Shown here: positions 17,741 to 26,088 of the stretch, in pieces
How positions within the stretch are numbered: position 1 is the first letter of the stretch
How the letters are laid out: each line of letters starts with the position of its first letter
Translations under genes and position numbers: made by a program
The notes under the pieces: generated by a model
Told to the model about the DNA's origin: nothing
The model's input: the letters and a program-made list of their open reading frames with translations, nothing else
Database searches by the model: none
Virus record (IMG/VR): IMGVR_UViG_3300029893_000001
Span: 248,001-312,000 of that record
Strand: one strand, 5' to 3'
Length of the DNA: 64,000 bases

Positions 17741-19360
17741 TTAGGTGGTGCGTTGAATTATCGAGTTATCTGACGCTACGATTGCATCCCCGTTGTTAGG
17801 GATGTCAACGAGAGCCGCTACTGTTGGGACTGGTCCAATCTCTAACTGGTTTCCAGACGCACTGATTCCTACCGCAGACCGAACCTGAACGCTAGATCCC
17901 TCTGTTGCCTTTACACCGGTCACAGCAGTAATACTCACACCCTGAAATAGTTGCGCGTGAGCGCCTTTTTCCAGGCGTACGCCAGTACCTGTAGTAGACG
18001 TAACATACGCCTCCACTAGATAAACGCGAGCACCTACCCCCAGTGCTCGAATCGCGTCGCCTGTCTCGTTGTGAACGTACAACTGTAAGTCTGGGAGGTA
18101 CTGCTTGCCATCAATGCGAGCAACGGACGACTTCAACGTGCCGAAAACAGTGATACCTCCAGTGTGGATATTTCCACCCCGGAATTCTACGTCAGAGTCA
18201 AATATCGACATGCTAGAAGCGACCAACGCGTAGAACCAAACACTATTTGTCAGGCTTATCGTGAGGCCCTGCGCGCTAAGACCCCAGCCGACCCAAGCTT
18301 TAGGGTGCACTCCAGCAAGGCGGGTACCAACATTTGCCAGCTCTTCATAGATCTGATTTTGTGGAGGTCCGGAAATCTGATCGATCGCCACCGCTACGCT
18401 TCCGCCGGTAAGAATTACGGGTGCAGCAAATTCGCACCCGAATATCCGAGTATTGCGTCCGCAATGGATATGCTTTGTGGCTCCGCTATGAACGAACTTG
18501 AAATTGACAAACTGAATTCCTGGGCGGGTTCTACTATCCCCGTTGAACCCATAGGTCACGTCGTCTCCTCGACTGCCCTCTATTTCCCAGTAGTTTAGGT
18601 GGGGTGTCTGATCGAGATTGATTTGTGTAACGGGCTCAACAATCCGAAAGCTGTCGCCTGGAGCGATCGTAGATCCCTCCCACAAACAAGCAGGGATGAT
18701 GTCGGTGTCTGTGTTTGTTTTGATAGTACGACGGTACGTGGCCGCTAAGCCCGACAAGACCTCAATCGTCTTGCCTCGATACGTATCGACGCCCAACCCT
18801 GCAGGTGCTACGCACTTCGTGTGGAGCGTACCTGTCTGCGCAGTCGAGGGCCCGAACAGAACATTCAAACCGTCGTTGTTTGTCCCGCCAGAATCAGCAA
18901 CGATGTCAATTGTACTACGCAGCACTCTGGGCCGGAAATGCGGAGGAGCGTAGCCAGCCCCAGCGTGAGGGGCTACGTGGACGACCACAGGGTGTGCAAC
19001 GAAATCTGGAATTCTACTTTCGGCTTCGATTAGTGTCGCGAGCGGCTCATTTGGCGAGTGGCCGTCATTGGTGTCCGAACCCCTCACGGCATCTACCCAG
19101 ATGTCCATCCGGGCAAACGTTTTTGTGGCGCTGTACGCAGCAATGGCAAAGTCGGCAGTGTCACCAACATCCTCTGGATTCTGACGAACAGTCCAATGAA
19201 TTAACTGTTTCTCCTGAAGCTTGTTCAATGAGTCAGAAAGTGCCTCTAACTCCCGAACGTTGATAGACCTCACGAGTGTTTTTCCGGGCCTTAGGATGCC
19301 GAGAGGGACACCAGGGCTAATGCTCTGTTGTGAAATATTCTTGACAACGATTACAGGCAT
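17741..19360 (-). CDS. Fibre/spike protein with right-handed beta-helix (paralog B)
   Basis: 'IWVDAVRGSDTNDGHSPNEPLATL' cap motif; colinear similarity to 14953-16581. Confidence 0.7.
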   Translation of the reverse strand: MPVIVVKNISQQSISPGVPLGILRPGKTLVRSINVRELEALSDSLNKLQEKQLIHWTVRQNPEDVGDTADFAIAAYSATKTFARMDIWVDAVRGSDTNDGHSPNEPLATLIEAESRIPDFVAHPVVVHVAPHAGAGYAPPHFRPRVLRSTIDIVADSGGTNNDGLNVLFGPSTAQTGTLHTKCVAPAGLGVDTYRGKTIEVLSGLAATYRRTIKTNTDTDIIPACLWEGSTIAPGDSFRIVEPVTQINLDQTPHLNYWEIEGSRGDDVTYGFNGDSRTRPGIQFVNFKFVHSGATKHIHCGRNTRIFGCEFAAPVILTGGSVAVAIDQISGPPQNQIYEELANVGTRLAGVHPKAWVGWGLSAQGLTISLTNSVWFYALVASSMSIFDSDVEFRGGNIHTGGITVFGTLKSSVARIDGKQYLPDLQLYVHNETGDAIRALGVGARVYLVEAYVTSTTGTGVRLEKGAHAQLFQGVSITAVTGVKATEGSSVQVRSAVGISASGNQLEIGPVPTVAALVDIPNNGDAIVASDNSIIQRTT

Positions 19361-19387
19361 GAATGGATGACCTATTATTTTCGGGTT

Positions 19388-19726
19388 TCAGTTCAAGAAC
19401 TGCGACAGATTGACTGTGTGGGCAGGGAGTTCGATCCCAGGCAGCCCAAACAGCAGGATTCCGGTTCGCGAGCGCCTAAACGACTCGGTCATCTCGATAA
19501 TTCGTTTCCTGTAATCCTCCGATAAGGGGTGATCGGCTGGAACAAGCAGAGAGCCCTTGTAGTCGTCGCTAGAGAGCCACTCAGCAAGCTTTAGACGAAA
19601 CTCGTCAGAGTCCGTATCGCCCTCTTCCTCAACATACCTAAGGAACGAGCACGAAGGCTTCCGCTCTCCATTGCGTCCTCCGCAACAGAGACAAATGAAA
19701 TCATATACAGGCGCGTCGTCCGCCAT
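19388..19726 (-). CDS. Hypothetical protein
   Basis: ATG 19726 preferred, because the TTG at 19738 lies in the promoter motif. Confidence 0.55.
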   Translation of the reverse strand: MADDAPVYDFICLCCGGRNGERKPSCSFLRYVEEEGDTDSDEFRLKLAEWLSSDDYKGSLLVPADHPLSEDYRKRIIEMTESFRRSRTGILLFGLPGIELPAHTVNLSQFLN

Positions 19727-19735
19727 CACTGCAGC

Positions 19736-19764
19736 CAAATAAAAGAAAAACTCTGGAAGACTAT
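19736..19764 (-). promoter_or_regulatory. Phage promoter-like motif ATAG-N18-TTATTTG
   Basis: Motif variant directly upstream of ATG 19726. Confidence 0.55.
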
Positions 19765-19833
19765 GTCAGTCTAGCACTGACGCGATCCGCTCTCCAATTC
19801 GTATCGCATCAGCTAAGTGGCGTCGGGTTCAAC

Positions 19834-20286
19834 TCATCGAGCATGATCCGACGTCTCCTCTTTAGGAGCCTGTTCCGAAGAAGCGACGTCGGACAGAAAT
19901 GAATAGACTCGCTCAGCAAAAGCGTCGATTTTTGCATCCAAAGACTTCTTGAGTGCCGACCTAACCTTTTGCCAACCAACCGTAGTTGGTTCTTTCATGG
20001 GAGTCGCGCCTCTAGTCTGCCACTCCAGGCGACGCTGCTCCGCCTGTCGTTTCTCAAGTTCTTTCACGAGTACACGAGTTGCGTAATCGTTGTAACTTGT
20101 ACCGTTAGGACGTAGCAATCCTCGGTACTGCTCACGCTGCACTTCACGAGCAAGAGATTCTTCAGCAACAGAGTTCTGCTGAATTGCGTCGAAGGTGATG
20201 CTAAACCTGTGGCCAGCGAACAAGTGGTGGCTCGCCAATGATATTGTGACGCCACTACGGGGCGAAGAAACGATTTCGATAGACAT
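19834..20286 (-). CDS. Hypothetical protein
   Basis: GGAG RBS, promoter motif upstream. Confidence 0.65.
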   Translation of the reverse strand: MSIEIVSSPRSGVTISLASHHLFAGHRFSITFDAIQQNSVAEESLAREVQREQYRGLLRPNGTSYNDYATRVLVKELEKRQAEQRRLEWQTRGATPMKEPTTVGWQKVRSALKKSLDAKIDAFAERVYSFLSDVASSEQAPKEETSDHAR

Positions 20287-20322
20287 TGATAGTAACTCCG
20301 TGGGGCTAGGGATTACGTCATT

Positions 20323-20350
20323 TAGATAACGTTTTTCTTCAGCTCACTAA
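20323..20350 (-). promoter_or_regulatory. Phage promoter-like motif TTAG-N17-TTATCTA
   Basis: Exact motif about 37 nt upstream of ATG 20286. Confidence 0.7.
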
Positions 20351-20360
20351 CTTTCAGCCC

Positions 20361-20389
20361 TTGACGTCGTTTTACACGATGTTTAGTGT
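20361..20389 (+). promoter_or_regulatory. Host sigma-70-like promoter TTGACG-N17-TAGTGT for hsp20
   Basis: Near-consensus -35/-10 with a 17-nt spacer upstream of an isolated plus-strand gene. Confidence 0.6.
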
Positions 20390-20437
20390 GGAGCCACTAA
20401 CGCTCGGCTTTTGCAACACCCGAGCTGCGGAGGAAAC

Positions 20438-20794
20438 ATGTCACTTGCGCTATGGGACCCGTGGATTTCTCGGAACTTGTTTAACCGCCCAGTCTTCGAT
20501 ACACCGGTGAACGACGACTACGTTACAGACAACGAGTCGTCGTTCACTATTGAAGTAGAGATGCCTGGGATGAGGGCCGAAGACGTCACCATTGACGTAC
20601 AAAAAGGCATGCTTTTGATCAATGCAGAGAGGAAAAACGGCCCTCGTACTCGAAAGGTTAAGCGAGCCTACCGGTTGCCGGATACGATCAACACAGACGC
20701 CATCGAGGCGTCTCTCACTGACGGCATCCTGACTCTCACACTGCCGAAACAGGAACCGCCAGGGACACGAAAAATACTAGTCAAGCCGAACTGA
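20438..20794 (+). CDS. Hsp20/alpha-crystallin small heat-shock protein
   Basis: 'EMPGMRAEDVTIDV', 'RAYRLPDTINTDAIEASLTDGILTLTLPK'; GGAGG RBS. Confidence 0.92.
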   Translation: MSLALWDPWISRNLFNRPVFDTPVNDDYVTDNESSFTIEVEMPGMRAEDVTIDVQKGMLLINAERKNGPRTRKVKRAYRLPDTINTDAIEASLTDGILTLTLPKQEPPGTRKILVKPN

Positions 20795-20833
20795 AAAGGC
20801 CTGGTTGGCGATCCCAACCAGGCCTTTTCAGTT
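20789..20833. terminator. Bidirectional intrinsic terminator between hsp20 and nadE
   Basis: 20-bp perfect stem AACTGAAAAGGCCTGGTTGG-cgatc-CCAACCAGGCCTTTTCAGTT between convergent genes. Confidence 0.9.
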
Positions 20834-21791
20834 AGAGGACGAAGAAGTTGATCTCGTCGCGCGTGGGTCCTGGCGGTGGTAGCACCTTGTGCCTAGAAGC
20901 CTTTTCCATGTGGAAGGCTTTCTCGATGATTTCGAATTGACGTTCAGTGAATTTGCCGTCGTAACGCTTCCTGAAGCCATCCATCCCACTAAGACGTGTT
21001 TCGCCGTCTTCAGCCCACTCCCATGCACGAAGGTAACCGTCAGGATCCGACTCGAAATTACCGCGTTCATAAAGGATGTTTAGCTTATAGTTCATACGAG
21101 TAACCCATTCGATCTCTTCGTAAGTGATCCCAAGCTCACCCTCGTCCGTCTGCTCGGCCCCGGAACCCCACAAATCTGCTGTGGGCGTCGCGTCGATGAC
21201 GGACTGGGGAAGGCCCAGGTACGCGGCAAGCTGTCGAACTTCCGACTTGTGAAGCCCTACGATGGGGTTGTTGTCCACAGCTCCATCCCCACGCTTGTTG
21301 TAGTACCGGAAGATCTCATCCTCATCCCGGTTTCCAGTTCCGTAGATGAGAGCGTCGTGGCACTTGCTGACGTAGTCCAACACCGGAGTACGCAAACAAG
21401 ATCTGAGCGAGCCTTCGCAGAATTTCTTGTGGTCGGGATCTTCCATGTCATGAAGGCCCAGGAGCTTGCGGAAGGCACCCTCCTGATGCGCAAGCTGATC
21501 GACAATCGCGCTGAACGCGTACGCGAGGTCGACGGTGAAGCAATGAATGGTTCCGCGAACAGACTGCGAACGAACCACCTCTCTTGCTCTCTCCAAAGAC
21601 TCAGGACGGCTATGGCAGGGCATCATAACAGCCACCGTCTTCGGAAAAGCCCGACAGCACAAAGCGAACACTACAGCGCTGTCGATTCCTCCGGAAAGCC
21701 CAACGCAGCCATTCTTCGTGCCAGACTGCTTTGCCTGGTCTTGCATCCAGGCGACCAAGTACGTAGTAAGCCCCTCAAGGTTCGTAATCAT
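20832..21791 (-). CDS. nadE: NH3-dependent NAD+ synthetase
   Basis: GLSGGIDSAVV, GTGNRDE, KRGDGAVD, KSEV, PTADLW, TDEGELG motifs; ATG 21791 with AAGGAG RBS. Confidence 0.92.
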   Translation of the reverse strand: MITNLEGLTTYLVAWMQDQAKQSGTKNGCVGLSGGIDSAVVFALCCRAFPKTVAVMMPCHSRPESLERAREVVRSQSVRGTIHCFTVDLAYAFSAIVDQLAHQEGAFRKLLGLHDMEDPDHKKFCEGSLRSCLRTPVLDYVSKCHDALIYGTGNRDEDEIFRYYNKRGDGAVDNNPIVGLHKSEVRQLAAYLGLPQSVIDATPTADLWGSGAEQTDEGELGITYEEIEWVTRMNYKLNILYERGNFESDPDGYLRAWEWAEDGETRLSGMDGFRKRYDGKFTERQFEIIEKAFHMEKASRHKVLPPPGPTRDEINFFVL

Positions 21792-21804
21792 CTCAGACTC
21801 CTTC

Positions 21805-21837
21805 AAAAGAGAACGGCCACCTTTTAGATGGCCGTTC
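21805..21837 (-). terminator. Terminator-like hairpin just upstream of the nadE RBS
   Basis: GAACGGCCATC-TAAAA-GGTGGCCGTTC-TCTTTT on the minus strand. Confidence 0.55.
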
Positions 21838-21863
21838 GTTTCCTATCATCAGCAGGGTTCGAG

Positions 21864-22505
21864 TTAAGCGACTTTCTTGGCTCGCTTCTCGCTCTTGTTT
21901 TGTTTCCAGCCCTTATTACGACGCTTTGCTCGGCTCACAATGAGGTCTTCCTCTTCCTTCGCCGACAGGCCGGTGCCTTGTAGCTCCTTGGCATCACGTA
22001 GGCGCAAAGCAATTTCCTCAGCCTCGTCAGTAGGGAGGCCAATTCCATAGAGCAAATCCTCAGAAAATGTCTGGAACTTCAAGAGCGATAGTTCCACGTC
22101 CTCGGGGCTTTGCCCTCCAATGTCTCCACAGGTGTAACTCCACGGCACTCGCACGCCCTCTGGGGCGATCGTTACCTTATCGGTAGTCGTTCCTCCTGTG
22201 GTAGATCCCTCACCTACTGTGACCGAAGACGGACCATTAGGCCATTCAGAGTTAGGAATCGTATAGAATTGGTACGGAGCGACGTACGGAGTACTCCAAA
22301 AAGGAGTTGGGATATACACATAGGGCTGCGGCTGTTGCTCCCGGGGCTCCTGAACTTCCTCAACCTTCTTTAGCTTGAAATCCACTCCTGCTTCCGTAAG
22401 GGCCTTTAGCAAATTGACTAGGTTTTCCTGGTCAACCTCTAATTCCAAGCGGAGTGCACGAGACTCCTCAACACCCTCAGTCTCATCAAAATTCGAGTTC
22501 TCCAT
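21864..22505 (-). CDS. Hypothetical protein
   Basis: Start taken at MENSNF (22505). Confidence 0.65.
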   Translation of the reverse strand: MENSNFDETEGVEESRALRLELEVDQENLVNLLKALTEAGVDFKLKKVEEVQEPREQQPQPYVYIPTPFWSTPYVAPYQFYTIPNSEWPNGPSSVTVGEGSTTGGTTTDKVTIAPEGVRVPWSYTCGDIGGQSPEDVELSLLKFQTFSEDLLYGIGLPTDEAEEIALRLRDAKELQGTGLSAKEEEDLIVSRAKRRNKGWKQNKSEKRAKKVA

Positions 22506-22770
22506 CTTCATCATCCTCCGGGTAGTCGTCGTCCACGACTTCGTCGTCATAGACCTCTACGTCACTCTCGTCTTCTTCTAGATGCTCTTCCTTGAGGAAA
22601 GAAACCAAGCCCCTAAGCAAGGGAAGCAAGTTCTCTCCACTTTCTTCCATGAATTCCTCATCGATCTCCATCTCAGAGACACGGTCTTCAAGATACGCCA
22701 CGACTTCCCTGAGCTGCGAGGTACTTTGCTCGGTGAGGTACACCGAGGGCTTCACTTTCTTTCTACCCAT
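22486..22770 (-). CDS. Small acidic hypothetical protein
   Basis: Start at MGRKK (22770), GGAG RBS. Confidence 0.6.
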   Translation of the reverse strand: MGRKKVKPSVYLTEQSTSQLREVVAYLEDRVSEMEIDEEFMEESGENLLPLLRGLVSFLKEEHLEEDESDVEVYDDEVVDDDYPEDDEDGELEF

Positions 22771-23151
22771 ATACGAGTGCTCTCCTTGTTCAAGCCACCT
22801 AGCTACATTACATTGCAGCTCGAACAAACTCTGATTCGACGGTCATTTTTCTAGGCGGGGAAGCAGCTGTGGAGAGTCTCTAGTAGAAAGAGCTAGTGAG
22901 TCAGGAGAATAACCAGTTCTCTAGTGCTGAGATCCCCCGCACCCCGCTTCGAGGCCAGCGTCTAATGATTAGTAAATACTCCTTTAAGAGTACCCCGGGG
23001 CCGAAGGCCCAACCAGGAAGAACGAAGTGATTAATGGTTTACAGTTTGAGATCAGGAACTGGAGACTTCCTTCTGTAAAATCGTACAAGTCCGCGGAACG
23101 ACAACGATCTTCGTCGTTCTCAGGCTGTTATGTTACTAACCTAAGGCTATA

Positions 23152-24006
23152 ATGACCATCACCATGCCCAAAACCGACTCTAAGAAGCCTCACCTGCGTG
23201 TGATCCCCGGAGGTCGTTCTGCTGAGAACGCTATCAGGTGCCACGTTCACGGTGAACCTATCATCGTCGACTGCAGCCTGAATGAGTGCGTCTTCCATAC
23301 GACGTACCCCAACGTCAATAATTGCATCCTTGTCTACATGGCAAAGCAAGACGTGGAACTGCTGAAGGCGATCGACATCAGCATGTTGAAAAACGTGCCG
23401 GCGTCACGGGTCTCCAGGGACCTAGCTCGCGCCACGACCGCCATGAGGAATGGAACGCTTCGGGTTTCAAATCATACCGACATCGAACCCAAATTCACTA
23501 CGTTGCCCGACATGGACGTATGTTATGCCTGTGAAATGCCCCTGACTGGCAAGCACAAGAAAACCTCTGTCGAATTTCGAATGGCCAAAAAGAAGCAGAA
23601 AATCTGCTACTGCTCACAAAAATGCGCGGACAACCACCCTCACCAGTTTGTAGCGGCCGAGATGGAATGCCGCACAGATATCAAAACAATCACCGAATGG
23701 GCAGTTAAGCGTTATTCTACCTTGGGAGGCCTGGAACAGGCCCTTGGGATGAACAGGCAAGTGCTAGGAGATGCCCTTAAACGCCTTCTAAATCTGGATG
23801 CGGAGGAAATCTATTCCACAACACAGCGCGTCAAGACCAGAAGCAAGGCTTTAGTTAGGCGCACCGGCTCCCGCCCCGAATGGCTCAGCAAATTCTCAGA
23901 CGTTCTCGCACCAGTATTAGCGGAAATGGAGAGTCGATATGGCACTGCCACCATAGACCTCCAGAACATCTTGGAAGAGGTTCAAGAAGCCATCGACACT
24001 ATTTGA
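23152..24006 (+). CDS. Putative transcription regulator (sigma-region-4-like HTH + TRASH-like Zn motif + second HTH)
   Basis: 'LKAIDISMLKNVPASRVSRDLARATTAMR'; CYAC...YCSQKC; 'LGGLEQALGMNRQVLGDAL'. Confidence 0.5.
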   Translation: MTITMPKTDSKKPHLRVIPGGRSAENAIRCHVHGEPIIVDCSLNECVFHTTYPNVNNCILVYMAKQDVELLKAIDISMLKNVPASRVSRDLARATTAMRNGTLRVSNHTDIEPKFTTLPDMDVCYACEMPLTGKHKKTSVEFRMAKKKQKICYCSQKCADNHPHQFVAAEMECRTDIKTITEWAVKRYSTLGGLEQALGMNRQVLGDALKRLLNLDAEEIYSTTQRVKTRSKALVRRTGSRPEWLSKFSDVLAPVLAEMESRYGTATIDLQNILEEVQEAIDTI

Positions 24007-24009
24007 GTT

Positions 24010-24037
24010 TTAGAGAAGGGGCAAACCCACTTATCTA
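24010..24037 (+). promoter_or_regulatory. Phage promoter-like motif TTAG-N17-TTATCTA heading the head operon
   Basis: Exact motif about 54 nt upstream of ATG 24091. Confidence 0.7.
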
Positions 24038-24090
24038 CACGTGCATTGGTTCCAACGGGCAGTCAACGCCCTCCTAGGAGAGAAAAAGAA

Positions 24091-24915
24091 ATGCGTACTC
24101 TTGGCATTCATGGAAAGCTTCTCGACCGCCTCGGAGAAAAGGTCGCAGAGCAAAACCTTCCCCCGCGGTCGGATATGCAGATCGTGGACATGCGTCCAAT
24201 CGATCCTCTAAAGTGCAACGTCCTCATCGCATTTGAGCGTCATGTAGGAACACCTCCGACGCTTTCTCAGCTTGAGCGCTTTGTATCTGCAACTTTCCAC
24301 AACAAGGTTGTGGCACAGACCCAGACCGCCCAACTTCATGAGGCAGATAGCGCAATTAGCGTGTGTCTGACCATGAATGTTGATACCCGCCCTGTTACCG
24401 ATGCAACGGTCATGCGTCGTGTAGCTGGAAATGGTTATTTCGACGAGGCAACCGGCCATATTTGGCAGGTGGTCGACAACGGTGTGCAGAAGCACCTAAT
24501 CCGCCGTACGGATGAGAACATCGCTGACATCGTCCAGGCTCGTATGGAGCGCGCAAGCCGTAAGCACGCGACGTTCTCCCGGGTCCGACAGGCAGCACCC
24601 ATGCTCACTGACGGTGACACCGTTCGTTTCTACGATGGTACGATGCCCATGGTAGGAAAGATCACCTCTCTTCGAGAGACTGAGGTCACCGTTTCTGCAA
24701 ACGGAAAGAGCTACACCGTTCCGAAGGAGTCAGTCTTCAACGTTGTAGAGCGTTCCACCTCTGCTGTTGGTGACGACAAGAGCCTCCTTGAAGATTACTG
24801 GGCCCGCGCTGTTGGAAATCCGGATTTCGCGCGCAAGCTTACGAAGCGTATGAATCGGGATGAAGAGTCGATGTCGAAGGACACCGGATGGAGCGGGACG
24901 GTCGGCGACGAGTGA
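24091..24915 (+). CDS. Hypothetical head-module protein (C-terminal SH3/KOW-like segment)
   Basis: AGGAG RBS; 'GDTVRFYDGTMPMVGKITSL'. Confidence 0.7.
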   Translation: MRTLGIHGKLLDRLGEKVAEQNLPPRSDMQIVDMRPIDPLKCNVLIAFERHVGTPPTLSQLERFVSATFHNKVVAQTQTAQLHEADSAISVCLTMNVDTRPVTDATVMRRVAGNGYFDEATGHIWQVVDNGVQKHLIRRTDENIADIVQARMERASRKHATFSRVRQAAPMLTDGDTVRFYDGTMPMVGKITSLRETEVTVSANGKSYTVPKESVFNVVERSTSAVGDDKSLLEDYWARAVGNPDFARKLTKRMNRDEESMSKDTGWSGTVGDE

Positions 24916-25130
24916 CCAACCAGGTCAGCCGTCTTCTTCGTTTAGCTATTCGACTGAAGGACGTTCAGAACCTTCTGAACGAAGAAATCTCGGTTTCTCC
25001 CCACCATTACCCCGGTATTCTGACCGAGACAATGGGCGGTCCAGCTCTTAAGCAGAAAAAGCACCAAAAGCATGAGTTGGACCGAACACAGGGGCTGGCT
25101 GAGGCTGATGAAGAGCTAGAGGATAAATGA
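24912..25130 (+). CDS. Small hypothetical protein
   Basis: GTGA overlap with the upstream stop. Confidence 0.55.
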   Translation: MTNQVSRLLRLAIRLKDVQNLLNEEISVSPHHYPGILTETMGGPALKQKKHQKHELDRTQGLAEADEELEDK

Positions 25131-25753
25131 CTCTGCCTCAGGCGAACAACCCATTCAAGCATCTTTCGCCCGAACAAAGGGAGATGATTGAGGATGCCTA
25201 CAAGGCAGGTCAAACACCTGAGCAAATAGGCATTCAATTTGGATTGGACTACGACGACGTCCGATACTACGTTGAGAATTTTATTCAGTCACCACGATCG
25301 CATTTCGAGCGCCTCCAGGAAATTGTTGACGACCTTGAGGACCAATGCGCCAAAACTAAGCTCGCGATCGATCAAGGTGACGGTTCCGCTATGATGCTTC
25401 AGTCATACCAGAGGCTTATGGCGGAATACAGAATTGCTCTAGCAGAACTGATGGCCCTCCAGAAGCCACAGGATGTCGTCGATGAGATCATCGAAAAGTC
25501 GTTTAACCCCTTCTTGCTAAGTCTCGTCCGAGCCTGTACCGAGGAAATGAACAATCTCCAGCAAGAAATGCTGAAGCTGGATATTCAGCCTAGGGATGCC
25601 AAAGGGATTTCTACTGAGATTTTCAAGCGCCTCTCCGATCGAATTCAAGCGTTGCTTCCTGAAGCAAAAGAATCTCTCGACACTCACTTCGGAGTCAAGA
25701 AACAAGAACGAGAGGCTCGTCTGGCAGAAGCCCGCGAGAAGACAGTTCAATGA
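25127..25753 (+). CDS. Putative terminase small subunit
   Basis: N-terminal HTH followed by helical oligomerisation segments; close upstream of TerL. Confidence 0.5.
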   Translation: MTLPQANNPFKHLSPEQREMIEDAYKAGQTPEQIGIQFGLDYDDVRYYVENFIQSPRSHFERLQEIVDDLEDQCAKTKLAIDQGDGSAMMLQSYQRLMAEYRIALAELMALQKPQDVVDEIIEKSFNPFLLSLVRACTEEMNNLQQEMLKLDIQPRDAKGISTEIFKRLSDRIQALLPEAKESLDTHFGVKKQEREARLAEAREKTVQ

Positions 25754-26088
25754 CCACCCAGATTTCAAATCCTGAACTCCAGAGACGGCTCATTCGAGTC
25801 GCACGAATTATTGATCGTGTGAAGCGCTGGGAACGTCTTGCTTTCATGGATGATGCAGAGGCGGACCGACTTCTTCTGGAGTACGAAGAAACAGAAGCCT
25901 GTGCAGACATGAGTGCAGGTTCTTGCGATGACGGGTCTTACCCCGCTGGACCCAGACAGGACAAAAACAAGTCGCGGTACCAACTCTCTCCCGGACACGG
26001 TCAGCATCTGAGTGATCTGCTGCGCAATACGGCCGAGACAAAGGCAGTGAGAAAGATTTCGAAGTTGTTGAATGGCCAGGCAAAGTAG
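25750..26088 (+). CDS. Hypothetical protein
   Basis: Coupled overlaps. Confidence 0.65.
   Translation: MTTQISNPELQRRLIRVARIIDRVKRWERLAFMDDAEADRLLLEYEETEACADMSAGSCDDGSYPAGPRQDKNKSRYQLSPGHGQHLSDLLRNTAETKAVRKISKLLNGQAK

Noticed and set aside
14953-19360. Invertible fibre-switching cassette
   Set aside because: No recombinase nearby and no DNA-level inverted repeats seen; both genes are complete with their own starts.
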